From an uncultured delta proteobacterium (lineage in GTDB: Bacteria; Myxococcota; Myxococcia; Myxococcales; Myxococcaceae): a stretch of DNA of 64,000 nucleotides. Location of the stretch: positions 1 through 64,000 of the forward strand of contig CAVYSY010000002.1 in NCBI GenBank assembly GCA_963771175.1. Reading direction: 5' to 3'. How positions within the stretch are numbered: the first letter of the stretch is position 1; every line of letters begins with the position of its first letter. Position numbers and translations under genes: made by a program. This document shows positions 32,577-48,785 of this stretch, one piece after another. The notes beneath the pieces are model-generated. The model worked only from the letters and a program-made list of their open reading frames with translations, was not told the DNA's origin and made no database searches.

Positions 32577-32715
32577 TCAACGCCGGATTGACTCTGGCGT
32601 CGGACAGTGTCCCCTCCCCTGCCTTCCAGGCCCCCGCAACGGCGAGGGCCGCCTCGCCCGGGGAGTTCCGGGACGATGCGGCCCTCTGGGCACTCCCTCG
32701 GGGAGCGCGCGACGA

Positions 32716-33369
32716 CTAGGCCTGGCCCAGCGTCTTGGCGACCTCGGCGGCGAGGTCGTCCTTCTTCTTCTCGATGCCCTCGCCCACCTCGTAGCGGACG
32801 AAGCGGCGCACGGCGACCTTCTCGCCGATCTTCGCGGCGCGCTCGGTGATCATCTCGCCGATCTTCTTCTTGTCGTCCTTCACCCAGAGCTGGTCCACGA
32901 GGCACACCTGCTCGAAGTACTTCTCCACCTTGCCCACGAGGATCTTGTCCCACATGGCCTCGGGCTTGCCCTGCTGCTGGAGCAGCGCGCGCTGGATCTC
33001 CTTCTCCTTCTCCAGCTGCTCGGCGGGGACCTCCTCGCGGCGGACGTACTTGGGGCTGGCCGCGGCGACCTGCATGGCCACGTCCTTCACCAGGTCCTGG
33101 AAGTCGGTGTTGCGGGCGACGAAGTCCGTCTCGCAGTTGACCTCGACGATGACGCCGATGCGGCCACCGTGGACGTAGGTGCCGACAAGGCCCTCGGCGG
33201 CCACGCGGCCCTCCTTGCTACCGGCCTTGGCGATGCCCTTCTTGCGCAGCCACTCCTCGGCCTTGACGAAGTCGCCACCGGTCTCGCCGAGCGCCTTCTT
33301 GCAGTCCATCATGCCCGCGCCGGTCTTCTCGCGGAGCTCCTTCACCATCGAGGCGCTGACCTCGGCCAT
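32716..33369 (-). CDS. tsf: Elongation factor Ts (short form)
   Basis: KELREKTGAGMMDCKKAL, EVNCETDFVA. Confidence 0.97.
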   Translation of the reverse strand: MAEVSASMVKELREKTGAGMMDCKKALGETGGDFVKAEEWLRKKGIAKAGSKEGRVAAEGLVGTYVHGGRIGVIVEVNCETDFVARNTDFQDLVKDVAMQVAAASPKYVRREEVPAEQLEKEKEIQRALLQQQGKPEAMWDKILVGKVEKYFEQVCLVDQLWVKDDKKKIGEMITERAAKIGEKVAVRRFVRYEVGEGIEKKKDDLAAEVAKTLGQA

Positions 33370-33444
33370 GTTCGTCTCCAGGGGCCCTCTCCGAGCGGCG
33401 GGCGCCGGGCGGGGCGTTCAGTTTTGAAGGTACTGCCAGGGTTG

Positions 33445-33482
33445 AAAAGGAAAAGCCGGGCTGCGACATGCGCCGCCCGGCT
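33445..33482 (-). terminator. Terminator/attenuator between rpsB and tsf
   Basis: AGCCGGGC...GCCCGGCT stem followed by TTTCCTTTT on the minus strand. Confidence 0.6.
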
Positions 33483-33515
33483 GGACTTCATCGCGCCCCG
33501 AGGAGCGCGGCGGCG

Positions 33516-34476
<961 letters not shown>

Positions 34477-34486
34477 TTCGGTTCTT

Positions 34487-34570
34487 CCTCCACGTCCGTG
34501 GATCATTCCGGTCGCGGCCTCCCGAGGGAGGCACCGAGGACCGGCACGGGGCGTGTGCGTAGTAGGTTGA
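34487..34570 (-). ncRNA. rpsB leader (t44/S2 leader-like)
   Basis: CACACG...CACGGACGTGGAGG pairing pattern directly upstream of rpsB. Confidence 0.5.
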
Positions 34571-34728
34571 CTGAAACAACGAACCCGTCACCAGATGTAG
34601 GCAGGTAACGGGCGCGCTTCTCGTCAACAGAACCCCTCCGGGCGGTGCAAGCTTCGCTACGCCCGGTGAAGGGTGGAGGACGGGTGCCGGGCGGCCGGGG
34701 AATCCGGCGCCCGGTCAACCGTGAAGAC

Positions 34729-37578
<2,850 letters not shown>

Positions 37579-37756
37579 GTGATTCTCGCACTCTCTGCGC
37601 CCGAGAATCCGCGAAGGCGAAGCGGCGAGTGAAGGGAAATCCCTGGAGTGTAGGTGGGATGCAGGAAGGAAACCAGTGTGTTTCCCCCACGTCATTCCAC
37701 TTGGCAGGCTGCCGTCCGCGCGGCAGGACAGAGTAAAGCGGAACCGAGACCAAGCA

Positions 37757-38926
37757 ATGCCCTCCCGTCGAAAAGATGAACGGCGCCCTACCCGGCGCCC
37801 CGCTCCCCGCCCGCAGCAAGAAGGGCGCGTCCTCCCGGGGTCCGAAGCAACCCACCACCCCGCTCCCTCCCATCCCGCCTCGGGTGAAGCCGCCCCCCAT
37901 CCCGGCGGACACCCTCCCCGCCACAACCCGGGCGGTGGCTGTGGACTTGCCGCGCCGGCTTCGAGCCGCACCTCTTCGAGGAGCTGGCGTGGGCGGGTGC
38001 CTCCCCTCGCATGCTCGGTGAGGTGCTGGTGGAGAGCGAGAAGCGCCCGGCCGAACCGCCCGTCTTCGCCCGCACGGGCATCCGGGTGATGGCCTCCTTT
38101 GATGCCGAACAGACGCCCGAGCAGCTCGCGGAGTCCATCGCGGCCCGGGTGAGGGAGTCGGTGCCCTCCGGCTCGCTCGTGCTCCAGGCGTTCACCCCCG
38201 ACAGCCCGGCGGGCAACCGCCTGGCCGACGAGGCGGATTCCCTGCGGAAGCCGTGCGGACCCGACTGCCCAAGGAGCGGCTGCTGGAGGAGACGTGGCGC
38301 GCCCGCGAGGCCGGGGCGATGCTCGTCGAGCTGTGCGTGGCGCCCGGGGTGGTGATGGTGGGCTCCGTGCCGGCCCGCGAGGCCCTCTCCCTGTCTCCCG
38401 GCGGACGCCAGCGCATGCGGCGCCCGGGTGACGCCGCCCTCGCGCGCGGCGATGAAGCTGGAGGAGGCCCTCATCGACCTCCCCTTCGAGCCAGGACGAG
38501 GCGAGGTGTGCGTCGACCTCGGCGCGGCGCCGGGCGGGTGGACGCAGCGGCTGATGGCGCGCGGCGCGCGGGTGATCGCCGTGGACCCGGCGAAGCTGCT
38601 GCCGGAGCTGGCCGACAGCGCGCGCGTGCGAGCACGTCCAGGAGAGCGCCTTCGCCTACGCGCCCGGAGGAGCCGGCCGACTGGCTCTTCTGCGACATGG
38701 CCTGGCGGCCGCTCGAGGTGGCGCAGCTGCTGGCCAAGTGGGGCCGGCGCGGCTGGGCGCACGCACCTGGTGGCCAACATCAAGCTGCCCATGAAGGACA
38801 AGAACCCCATCCTCGTGCGCGTGCGCCACATCCTCACCGAGGACGGCGGCTGGCAGGGCCTGCACCATGCGGCAGCTCTACCACGACCGCGACGAGGTGA
38901 CGGTGACCGCCCACCGGACGCTCTAA
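37757..38926 (+). CDS. FtsJ-like SAM-dependent rRNA methyltransferase (RlmM-like), frameshifted
   Basis: PSRAAMKLEEA, VDLGAAPGGWT, AVDPA, LFCDM, ANIKLPMK, QLYHDRDEVT. Confidence 0.8.
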
Positions 38927-38958
38927 CTCCTCCCCCTCGCCGCGCTCAAGGAGCGGCC

Positions 38959-39649
38959 ATGCCCTACGCCATCGACGAAACCCGGCCACCGCCCTGGTGG
39001 CCCTCTACCCGCGACTGCGTGCAGCGCTCGCGCGAGCCGGTGACAGGTCGCGCTCAACGCCTGCTCGACGAGGAGCACGCGCGCCGCGGCGCCCCGGACG
39101 CGACCGGCGCGCTCAACCCGCTCGCCCTGCCGCAGGGCACGCTGCTCAAGGAGGAGTTCGATCTCTCCACGCACGCGCACCACGAGGGCTGGCGGTGGGC
39201 GCGCTCATCGTGGACGTGAAGGGGATGATTCACGTCAACGCGCGCCACGGCTTCCCCGCGGCGACGCGCTGCTGCGCGCCGTGGTGGCCTCGCTCCAGGC
39301 GCAGCTTCCCCGGCGCGAAGCTGGTGCGCCTGCACGGGGACAACTTCGCCGCGCTGCTCGTGCCCACCTCGGGGCTGTCGGTCGCGGAGGAGCTGCGCGA
39401 GCCCACCCGGGCCCGGCTCGTGGCGGACGCTCGCGCCGCGCTGCCCGAGGGCGCCGAGGCCCCGGACTTCACGCTCGCCCTGCTGGACCTCACGCATCGA
39501 GCAGCCCACCGCACTGGCAGGTGCTGGGGCCGCTGGTGTGGGCGGAGCTGGAGCGCGCCTACACCCTGGAGCGGATGGGGAGCGCCGGGGGCCTTCAGCG
39601 CCGGCGACTCGAGCTCGGGGGCTTCGTCCCCGGCCCCACCGAGCCCTGA
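38959..39649 (+). CDS. Degenerate GGDEF-like domain protein (frameshifted)
   Basis: DATGALN, DVKGMIHVNARHGF, RLHGDNF. Confidence 0.65.
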
Positions 39650-39657
39650 AAACGCGA

Positions 39658-39689
39658 AAGGGGCGAGGGCTCTCGGCCCTCACCCCTTC
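39658..39689. terminator. Hairpin between convergent genes
   Basis: AAGGGGCGAGGGC-N5-GCCCTCACCCCTT. Confidence 0.55.
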
Positions 39690-39727
39690 ACTCGCATCAG
39701 CCTGGGAGGCGCGCTCCCAGGGACGGC

Positions 39728-40650
39728 TTACTCCTCGAGGATGAACTTGCGCGGGTTCTGCGGGATGCCGTTGACGCGCACCTCGTAGTGCAGGTGCGGT
39801 CCGGTGGAGCGGCCGGTGTTGCCCACCGCGCGCGATCTGCGCGCCGCGCTTCACCCGGTCTCCCGCCTTCACCAGCGATCTTCGACAGGTGGCCGTAGCG
39901 CGTCTTGATGCCGTAGCCGTGGTCGATGACGATCACGTTGCCGTAGCCGCCCTCGAGCCCCGCGAAGACCACCGTGCCGTCCGAGGGGGCGATGACCTCC
40001 TTGCCGTGCGGGGCCGCGATGTCCAGACCGCCGTGCATCACGCGCTCCGCCGTGTACGGGTCCAGCGCGCTGGCCGAAGTCGCTGGTCACCCAGCCGCGC
40101 GCCGGCCAGATGGACGGCGTGGAGGCCAGCAGCGACTTCTGGTCCTGGAAGTAGGCCTGCAGCTCCTGGAGGCTCTGCTCCTGGCGGGTGGCCTCGGCGC
40201 TCAGCCGGTCCAGCCGGCCCGCCAGCGCCTGGGGCGATCTCCTGCTGGTGAGCTGGGTGAACTGCGGTCTCGCGCCGCGGGAGCGCTGGCGCCTGGCGCC
40301 GGCTCGGTCGGGCCCATGGCCAGGTTGCGCTGCGGATCGATCAGCAGCGTCACCGCGCGCAGCTTCTGGTCGAAGCGCTCGACGCGGTCCAGCGTCGAGC
40401 CGATGTGCTCGATGCGCTCGCGCACCGTCTTGAGCTGGCTGCGCAGGGTGAGGTTCTCCTCGCGCAGAATGCGGTTCTCCGCGGCGTCCTGGGCCACCAG
40501 GAAGTAGTGGAGCGGTGGCCCCGAGGGCCAGTCCGGCGAGCAGCAGGACGCCCACCGCCCACCTGCAGGAGGAGGACTTCTGGATGCGATAGCGCCGGAC
40601 CGGCGAGTCGTGGTCCGGAACCAGATCAGGGTGTAGGACTTGTTCGCCAT
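39728..40650 (-). CDS. M23 family metallopeptidase (frameshifted)
   Basis: [45 protein letters not shown]. Confidence 0.9.
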
Positions 40651-40770
40651 CGCAATGCCGGCTCCCTTCAGTCGCCTCAGCGCTCCGGCGTGCGACACTC
40701 GGGCGCGAGAACCTAGGTCGTCGCCCGCGCGCCCAGCATCTCCCCCCGCCCGCGCCGTCCACCCATACCG

Positions 40771-41692
40771 TCACCCACCGGCATCTCGAAGCACGCCAGA
40801 ATGCGTTGTGGGCAGCTTCCACCGGACTTCTGGCAAGGTGTCAAGCAATGACACATGACATCCCAACGTCCCACGTGTGCACCCCGTGGAACAATTCCAG
40901 CGCGCCCGGCTCCGGGGCGCGTTGGTCTCCAGGTGCGACGTCTGCACCACGATGACGGTGATGTTGTCGTCGCCGCCGCGCTCGTTGGCCAGGTCGATGA
41001 GGCGCTGGGGCACGTCCGTCGAGCGGCCACTGGCGGACCACCTCGAGCAGCTCCCGGTCCTCGACCATGTTGGCCAGCCCGTCCGAGCAGAGGACGAAGG
41101 TGTCGCCCGGCTCGCGCGACCAGGCCCATCACGTCGACCTGGACCTCCTCCTCGAAGCCCACCGAGCGGGTGATGATGTTCTTGTAGCGGGAGTGCTTGG
41201 CCTCCTCGGGGGTGATCATCCCCGCCTTGATCTGCTCGTTGACCAGGGAGTGGTCCTCGCTGATCTGCTGGATGAGGTCGCCGCGGACGAGGTAGGCGCG
41301 GCTGTCACCCACGTGGGCGAAGAAGGCGTTGTCGTCCTTCACCACCAGGGAGATGACGGTGGTGCCCATCCCGGCCAGGCGCGGGTCCTCCTGGGCGGCG
41401 GTGTAGATGGCCGCGACAGGCCTGCTCCACCGCGCGGCGCAGGGCCTCGGGCAGCGGCGAGTCCTGCAGGGTGGCGGTGGAGACGAAGGGATTGTCCCCG
41501 ACCGTCCCGCGCCCGGCGCAGCTCCTTGTCGATGGTCTCGACCGCGATGCGGGAGGCGGTACCGCCGCCGGCGTGGCCACCCATGCCGTCGGCGACGACG
41601 TAGAGCTGCAGCTCGTCGTCGATGAGGAAGCTGTCCTCGTTGTGGTTGCGCTTGCGGCCGACATCGGTGAGGCCGGCCGAGACGACCTTCAT
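40771..41692 (-). CDS. PP2C-type Ser/Thr phosphatase (frameshifted; the true stop is probably nearer 40900)
   Basis: GRKRNHNED, VADGMGGH, GMGTT, HVGDSRAY, GGDDNIT. Confidence 0.9.
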
Positions 41693-41803
41693 CGTGGGCC
41701 GGCGGGCTGGCCCGCGGTGCTGGACACGGTGCGGGATGACTAAGTGAGTGGCCGGGCGGCGGCAAGGAGCCAGCGGTGCCCCGGCGTCGAAAACGGACGG
41801 CGC

Positions 41804-43600
41804 TCAGCGGCGCGGCGCCTCGGGGCGCGACCCTCCCGGGCGGCCAGGGCCCGGCGGACCGCCCGGCCCGGGGGGGCCGGACGCGGCGGTGCTGCGCCGC
41901 GCGCACCAGCGCCTCGGCCGCCCCCAGCGCCTCGCGGGTGACCTCGGACCCCGGAGAGCATCCGCGCCAGCTCCCGGGTCCGCTGCGATCCGGCCTCCAG
42001 CGGCCACCACCTCGGAGACGGTGCGCCCGTCCTCGCAGCGCTTCTTCGACGAGCAGGTGCGCGTCCGCGTGGGCCGCCACCTGCGGCAGGTGGGTGATGC
42101 ACAGCACCTGGCGGTGCCCGCTCACGTCCCGGATCATCCGCCCCACCACGTCCGCGACCGCGCCGCTCACGCCGGCGTCCGCCTCGTCCAGGACCTACGC
42201 AGCCGCAGCCGTCGCGCCGGCCAGGACGCCCGCTTGAGGGCCAGCAGCAGGCGCGACGCCTCGCCGCCGCGAGGCCACCTTGGCCAGCGGCCGCGGCGGC
42301 TCGCCGGGGTTGGCGCTGAAGAAGAACTCCACCTCGTCCAGGCCCTCGGGCTCGCGCAGGGTGCCGCGGCGTCGACCCGGACCTCGAAGGCCGGCCTTGC
42401 CCAGCGCCAGCGAGCGCGAGCCCCTCGCGCACCTCGCGGCGTCGAAGTCCTGCGGCGCACGCGCTCTCGCGCCCGCGGTGAGGGCCTGCGCCGCTGCGCG
42501 CGCGCCGCGCGCCTCCGCCTGGCGCCGCTCGGCCTCCAGCGCGGCCGAGCACCTCCTGCCGGTTGTCCAGCGTGGAGAGCTCCGCGCTCCAGCGCCTCGC
42601 GCCGCGCGAGCACGCCGTCCAGCGGCGTCGGTCGCGTGCTTGCGGCACAGCCGCTTGAGGCGATCCAGCCGCTCGTCCACCTCGGCGAGCCGCGCCGGGA
42701 TCGGCCTCCAGCGCCGCGCCACGTAGCGCGCCGAGGCCGCCGGTCCGCCTCCTCCAGCTCGGCGAGCGCGGCCGGCCAGGCTCGTGCGCCAGCGGGCGCG
42801 AGCGAGGCGTCCAGCTTCGCCGCCTCGTGCGACGCAGCGCCAGCGCCCGGCCCACGGGCTCCAGCGCGCGCTCGCCGGTCCTCACCAGCCGCAGGAGCGC
42901 CTCCGCCTCGGCAGCCTGGCGCCGCAGCTCTCTCCAAGCCCGCCAGCCGCCTCCGCTCCTCCTCCAGCGCGGCCTCCTCGCCCGGCACCGGGCTCGACGC
43001 GCTCGATCTCGTCCAGCTGGAAGCGCAGGAACTCGGCGCGCTCGGCGCAGCCGCGGCCTCGTCCCCGCCCAGCGCCTCCATGCGCGCCTGCACGTGCCGC
43101 CAGCGGCCGCGTAGTCGCGCGCGGTACGCGGTGAGCGCGCCGCCCACGCCGCCGTAGCGGTCCAGCAGCGCGCGGTGCAGCGCGGCGTCGAAGAGGCCCA
43201 CGTGCTCGTGCTGGCCGGCGATGTCCACCGCGCCGCGCATCAGCCGCGCCGAGCACGCCCACCGTGACCAGCGCGCCGTTGACGTGCGCCTTGCCGCGCC
43301 CGGCGCGCCCCACCACCCGGCGCAGCACCACCTCCTCGCCCGAGGTCCGGCAGCCCCAGCGCCTCGAGCCGCGCGGCCAGCCCCGGGGTGCGCTCGAAGA
43401 CGCCCTCCACCACGGCCTCGTCGCAGCCGGCGCGGATGCACGTCCGCATCCGCGCGCCCGCCCAGCAGCAGCCCGAGCGCGTCCACCAGGATGGACTTGC
43501 CCGCCCCGGTCTCGCCGGTGAGCACGGTCAGGCCGGGCCCGAACGCCACCTCCACCTCCTCGATGACCGCGACGTTCGAGATGCGCAAGCCCAGCAGCAC
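41804..43600 (-). CDS. recN: DNA repair protein RecN (many frameshifts)
   Basis: [42 protein letters not shown]. Confidence 0.9.
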
Positions 43601-43773
43601 GGTGCGCCTCCGTTCGCCGCATTCGGGCCTGGACACCTGAACAGCTAGCAGTGGCCTCTGACACTGCACAAGCGTTCAGCCGGCCCGACGTGGGCTCGAG
43701 CGGCAGGGCTCGGACGCACGGAGCGGCGGAGGTGAGCAGTCGGACTCTCGTGTAGCTCCTCCGGGGGAGGGGC

Positions 43774-46700
43774 TCACTCGCCGGCGGAAGAGGTCCTCGA
43801 CGTCCTGCTCGGTGAGCACCTTGCCGAAGTCCGCGTCCGCGCCGAGCACGCCCTCGGCGAGCTCCTTCTTGCGCTGCTGCAGGCTGAGGATCTTCTCCTC
43901 CACCGTGCCGCGGGTGATGAGCTTGTAGGCGATGACCGCGCGCGTCTGGCCGATGCGGTGCGTGCGGTCGGTGGCCTGGTCCTCGACGGCCGGGTTCCAC
44001 CACGGGATCGTAGTGGATGACGTAGTCGGCCGCGGTGAGGTTGAGGCCGGTGCCGCCCGCCTTGAGGCTGATGAAGAAGAGCGGCGGACCGTCCGGGTCG
44101 GTTGAAGTCGTCCACCCGCGCCATGCGGTCCTTGGTGCGGCCGTCGAGGTAGAGGTAGCTGCAGGCCCTTCTGTCCGCCGCGCCTGCTTGAGCAGCTCCA
44201 GCATCTCGGTGAACTGGCTGAAGACGAGCGCGCGGTGGCCCTCGGCGACGAGGTCCGTCCACCAGCTCGCCGAAGCGCTCCAGCTTCGCGCTGCCGGGCA
44301 GCAGCGTGCCCGGGGGCATCTTGAGCAGGCGCGGGTCGCAGCACACCTGCCGCAGGCGCATCAGCGCCGCGAGGATGGAGACGCGGCTGCGCTTGAAGCC
44401 CACCTTCTCGATGGTCTCGTTCACCTTGCGGCGGCTCTCCTCGAGCACCTCGCGGTAGAGCGCGGCCTGGCCGGGCTCCATCTCGCAGCAGGCCACGCGT
44501 CTCCGTCTTGGGCGGCAGGTCCTTGGCCACCTCCGTCTTGAGGCGGCGCAGGATGAAGGGCTGGATGCGGCGGCGCAGGCGCTCGCGCACGGCGCCGTCG
44601 TTGGCCACCTGGATGGGCTGCTCGTAGCGCTCGCGGAAGCCGCTCGGCGCTGCCGAGGAAGCCGGGCATCAGGAAGTCGAAGAGGCTCCAGAGCTCGGAG
44701 AGCCGGTTCTCCAGCGGCGTGCCGGTGAGCGCGAGCCGGTGGTCGCTGGGCAGCGACTTGCACGCCTGCGCCGTCGCGCTGTCCGCGTTCTTGATGTTCT
44801 GCGCCTCGTCGAGGATGACGTAGCGGAAGCCCACCTCGCTGAGCGCCTCGAGGTCGCGACGCACCAGCGCGTAGGAGGTGAGCACGAGGTCCGCGCCCTT
44901 GAGGTCCTCGACGCGCTCGCTGCGGTCCTGCCCGTGCCACATCAGCGTCTTGAGGCCCGGGGTGAAGCGCTCGGCCTCGCGCTCCCAGTTGGCGAGCACG
45001 CTGGTGGGGGCCACCACGAGCGAGGCTTGCGGCCCTCGTCGTTGCGCACCTTCTGCAGCAGGGCCAGCGCCTGGACCGTCTTTCCCAGACCCATGTCGTC
45101 CGCGAGGATGCCGGCCAGCCCGTGGCGGTGGAGGAACCACAGCCAGGACGAGGCCCGCCTCCTGGTAGTGGCGCAGCGTGGCGCTGAGTCCCTCGGGGAG
45201 GCCCACCTGGGCACGCCACTGGTGTCGCGCAGCTCGCGCATGGCCTTGCGCGCCTTGGCCTCCACCTCGGTGAACTCGCCGAGCTCGGCCAGCAGGTCCA
45301 GCGCCACGGCCTGGTGCAGCGGCAGGCGCGTGCGCTGCGGCCGGGAAGCGCACCGGCCTCCTCGAGCAGGTCCGCGGCGCGCTTGAGCTCCGCGCGGTCC
45401 GCCTCGGCGAAGGTGCCGTCCTTGAGCGGGATGAAGCGGCGGCCCGAGTCGAGCCACATGCGCACCGCGCCCAGGTCCACCGCTGCTCGTCGGTCTCGAA
45501 CTCGGCGTCCAGCTCGAACCAGCTCACCCCGCTCATGCCCACGCGGATGCGCGGACGCAGCTTGGGCCGCATCCGCACCTTGGGCGCCTGCACGCCGAAG
45601 CGCTCCCAGTCGCTCGGGCAGCGAGGCGAGCCCGCGCGCCCAGAACTCCACCGCGCGCGTCGCCCGCGGCCTCGTAGGCGCTGGCGTGGCCGTCGTAGCG
45701 GAAGCCCAGCTCCACGCAGGAGCTTGCCCGCGGCCGCGCTCCGCCTCCTCGTGGCGACGGTAGAGCTTGCGGCCCTCGGCACCCACGCCGCTGGCGTAGC
45801 CCAGGTGCACGGCGGTCGGGGACACCGGCACGGTGGTCTGCCCGTAGCGCGCGGCGAGCTGCGCCCGCACGCTTCTCCGGCGTGCCCTCGAGCGTGAGCA
45901 CGAAGCGGGGCTCCACGGACTCGTCCACGTCGAGGTCGTCCGCCTTGAGCGCCATGCGGAAGCGCGGCAGGTGGGCGGCGAAGAACGTGAGCACGCGGTC
46001 CAGCTGGCCCGCGGGGAAGGCCATGGTCGGCTCGAGCAGCCACTTGCGCAGCAGGCGGGGCGGGAGGTCCGGCTCCACCGCGTGGAGCGTTCTGCCCGGC
46101 GAGGACGCACGTGCCGCCGCCCGGCGAGCAGGATGACGTCCTTGAGCGGCCAGGCTCGTCGCCGTCCGGGAAGAGCAGCTCGATGCGCGGCGGAGCGCGC
46201 CGTCCGGGCGGGACTCGAGGTGGATCTGCGGCCGCGCCGGCTCGTCCGAGAAGAGCAGCGCGGTGCCGCGGTAGATGACGCGGCGCTGGCGCAGCAGCTC
46301 GAGCAGCGTCGCACCAGGTCCTCGTCGGAGAGGACGATGCGCGAGTCGTAGCGGTGCTCGTGCTTGGCGAGCATGCTGGAAGACGCGCTCGTCGGCCGGC
46401 GCGATGCGGGTGCCGGCCTGGAGCAGCGCGCTTGACGTGCACCGGGCCCCTTCACCTGGGCGTCCTGGCGGCGCACGTCCACCACCCAGTGGCGGTCCGC
46501 CGCGCCCGGTGCCCGAGGGCGTGAGCCGGTAGAGGAACTCGTAGTCCGGCAGGGAGGAGAGGCCCAGCCAGCTCTCCAGCTTGGCGAGCGCCGGGCAGGC
46601 TCACCGGGTCGCCCAGGGAGGTCCGCCATGGGGACGGGCTCCTCGGAGTCGGCGGTCGTCTCCTCGTCTGGCGGGAACTCGGGCGCGGCGGCGGCAGGCG

Positions 46701-47089
46701 CGGCGGCTGGCCTCGGGGCAGCGGCAGGCGCGGCGGCCGCCGCGGCGGCGTTCATGGAGGCACGCAGGCGCGCCGCGTAGACGAGCGCCGCGGCCACTAC
46801 GTGCTTGCAGTGGGGCCCCGAGACGCTCCAGGACGCACAGGTGCACTTGGAGGTGGCTTTGCCATCTGCCCACCTCGATTGCGACCTCGTAGCGCTCCTC
46901 GCTCGGGGAGGAACCGGCCACCTGGGCGCGAATGAGGTTGCCCTCTCGTTGGAGCCCGAAGACGCGGCGGGTCTCCGCGACCTCGCGGCCCTTCTGGAAG
47001 GTGGTGGGCGGAACCTCTGCCTTGAGGGCGCGCAGCCACTGCCCATCAGGCGGGAAAGGGGCTTCTCGTGTATCGGCGATGGAGGGCAC
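43774..47089 (-). CDS. SNF2-family helicase with an N-terminal SWIM zinc finger (frameshifted)
   Basis: CTC...[61 protein letters not shown]. Confidence 0.9.
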
Positions 47090-47251
47090 GTTCTCGCAAG
47101 TCCCTTGGGACCCCCCGGTAGGAGGGGAATCCGGTCGATTACCACAGACGGGGCATCCGCCGCCGTGGGAAAAATGAATGGAGAGGGCCGGGCGTCGGTC
47201 GCTCGGTCATCCACCGCACGGCTCGCACCTATGCGAGCATCGGCGGTCAAA

Positions 47252-47449
47252 ATGGAACGCTCCACCCTCGCCCGAGTTTTCGTCACACGACAACTCCCCG
47301 GAGCCGCGCTCGCCCGGCTGGCCGGACAGGTCTCACTCCGCGTACGGGAGGAGCCGCTGCCTCCCCCACGGGAGGTGTTGCTGGCCCAGGCCCGGGAGGT
47401 GGAGGGGCACAAGCATCCCCATTTCGTCAACCCGGAGTTCTTCCCATGA
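47252..47449 (+). pseudogene. D-2-hydroxyacid dehydrogenase (glyoxylate reductase-like) remnant with a large in-frame internal deletion
   Basis: N-terminus RVFVTRQLPGAAL...PPREVLL..AREVEG joined directly to a C-terminal PHFVNPE; the stop overlaps the apt start. Confidence 0.65.
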
Positions 47450-48010
47450 GCCACCCCCCTCCCCTCTTCATCCCCGGCCACGACTCCAACCTCCTCGAGG
47501 ACGTGAAGGCGCGCATCCGCGACGTGTCGGACTTCCCCAAGCCGGGCATCCTCTTCAAGGACGTGACGCCGGTACTGGCGGACCCGCACCTCTTCGGGCG
47601 GGTGGTGAACGCGATGGCGGCGCCCTTCCGCGGCCGGCACATCTCCGAAGGTAGTGGGCGTGGAGGCGCGCGGCTTCCTGCTGGGGGCCCCCATCGCCCT
47701 CGCGCTGCACGCGGGTTTCGCGCCGGCGCGCAAGCCGGGGAAGCTGCCCTACAAGGCGGTGACGGAGCGCTACGCGCTGGAGTACGGCTCCGACGGGCTG
47801 CAGCTCCACGAGGACGCGGTGGGGCCCGGGGACCGGGTGCTCATCGTGGACGACCTGCTGGCCACCGGCGGCACGGCCGAGGCCACTGCGCGGTTGGTGA
47901 CGAAGCTCGGCGGCGAGGTGGTGGGCTTCTGCTTCCTCATCTCGCTCGACTTCCTCCCCGGTCGCGAGCGCCTGGGCCGCGAGAAGGTCTGCGCGCTCAT
48001 CTCCTACTGA
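47446..48010 (+). CDS. apt: Adenine phosphoribosyltransferase (one frameshift)
   Basis: [37 protein letters not shown]. Confidence 0.95.
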
Positions 48011-48109
48011 GCGGCCCGGCATCGGGCCATCACGCCAGCTGCCACGGCTGGCAGGCACTGACAAGTCCGCCCTCCGAATAGCCCCACGAACAGAACCCCG
48101 TGGTCCGGG

Positions 48110-48151
48110 TTGACGCCGCTCGTCGGCGGTCTTATAAGTTGGTTAACCAAC
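48110..48151 (+). promoter_or_regulatory. Sigma70-type promoter with an overlapping palindromic operator
   Basis: TTGACG (48110), 17-nt spacer, TATAAG (48133); perfect palindrome GTTGGTTAACCAAC at 48138-48151. Confidence 0.8.
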
Positions 48152-48169
48152 CTAGAAACGGAGCCACTG

Positions 48170-48775
48170 ATGGCCCGCCCATCGAACACGGAGGAGCGCC
48201 GGCAGCAGATCGTCCAGGGACTGCTGCGCGTCATGGCCGAGCGAGGCTACGAGCGCGCGTCCATCGCGGAAATCGCGAAGGCGGCGGGGCTGAGCCCGGG
48301 GCTGGTGCACTACCACTTCACGGAGAAGCAGGAGATCCTCCTCACGCTGGTGGAGCAGCTCGCCCACCGCGTGCGCGAGCGAGTGAAGGCGCGCGTGGAG
48401 CGCTCCAGGGGTGGAGCGAGGGCCCAGGTGGACGCCTTCCTCGATGCCTTCCTGGCCACGGGAGATGACGCGGACCCGGCCTCGGTGGCGGCGTGGGTGA
48501 CGATCAGCGCGGAGGCGGTGCGGCAGCCCGAGGTGCGCGCGGCCTACGAGAAGGTGGTGCGCGCGGACCTGGAGTTCCTGGAGGAACTGGTCGGCGCGGT
48601 CATCGGCCGCCGGAGGGCCCGAGCGGTGGCGGCGGGCCTCTTCGCGGCGGTGCAAGGCTACTTCGTCCTGGCGGCGGCGACTCCGGACCTCATTCCTCCG
48701 GGCTCCGCGGCGGGCACGGTGAGGCGCATGGCCGCGGGGCTGCTCGACGCTTCGGCATTCTCGGATGAGGGATAG
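48170..48775 (+). CDS. TetR-family regulator (BetI-like C-terminus)
   Basis: HTH: GYERASIAEIAKAAGLSPGLVHYHF. Confidence 0.93.
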   Translation: MARPSNTEERRQQIVQGLLRVMAERGYERASIAEIAKAAGLSPGLVHYHFTEKQEILLTLVEQLAHRVRERVKARVERSRGGARAQVDAFLDAFLATGDDADPASVAAWVTISAEAVRQPEVRAAYEKVVRADLEFLEELVGAVIGRRRARAVAAGLFAAVQGYFVLAAATPDLIPPGSAAGTVRRMAAGLLDASAFSDEG

Positions 48776-48785
48776 GGAGAAACAC

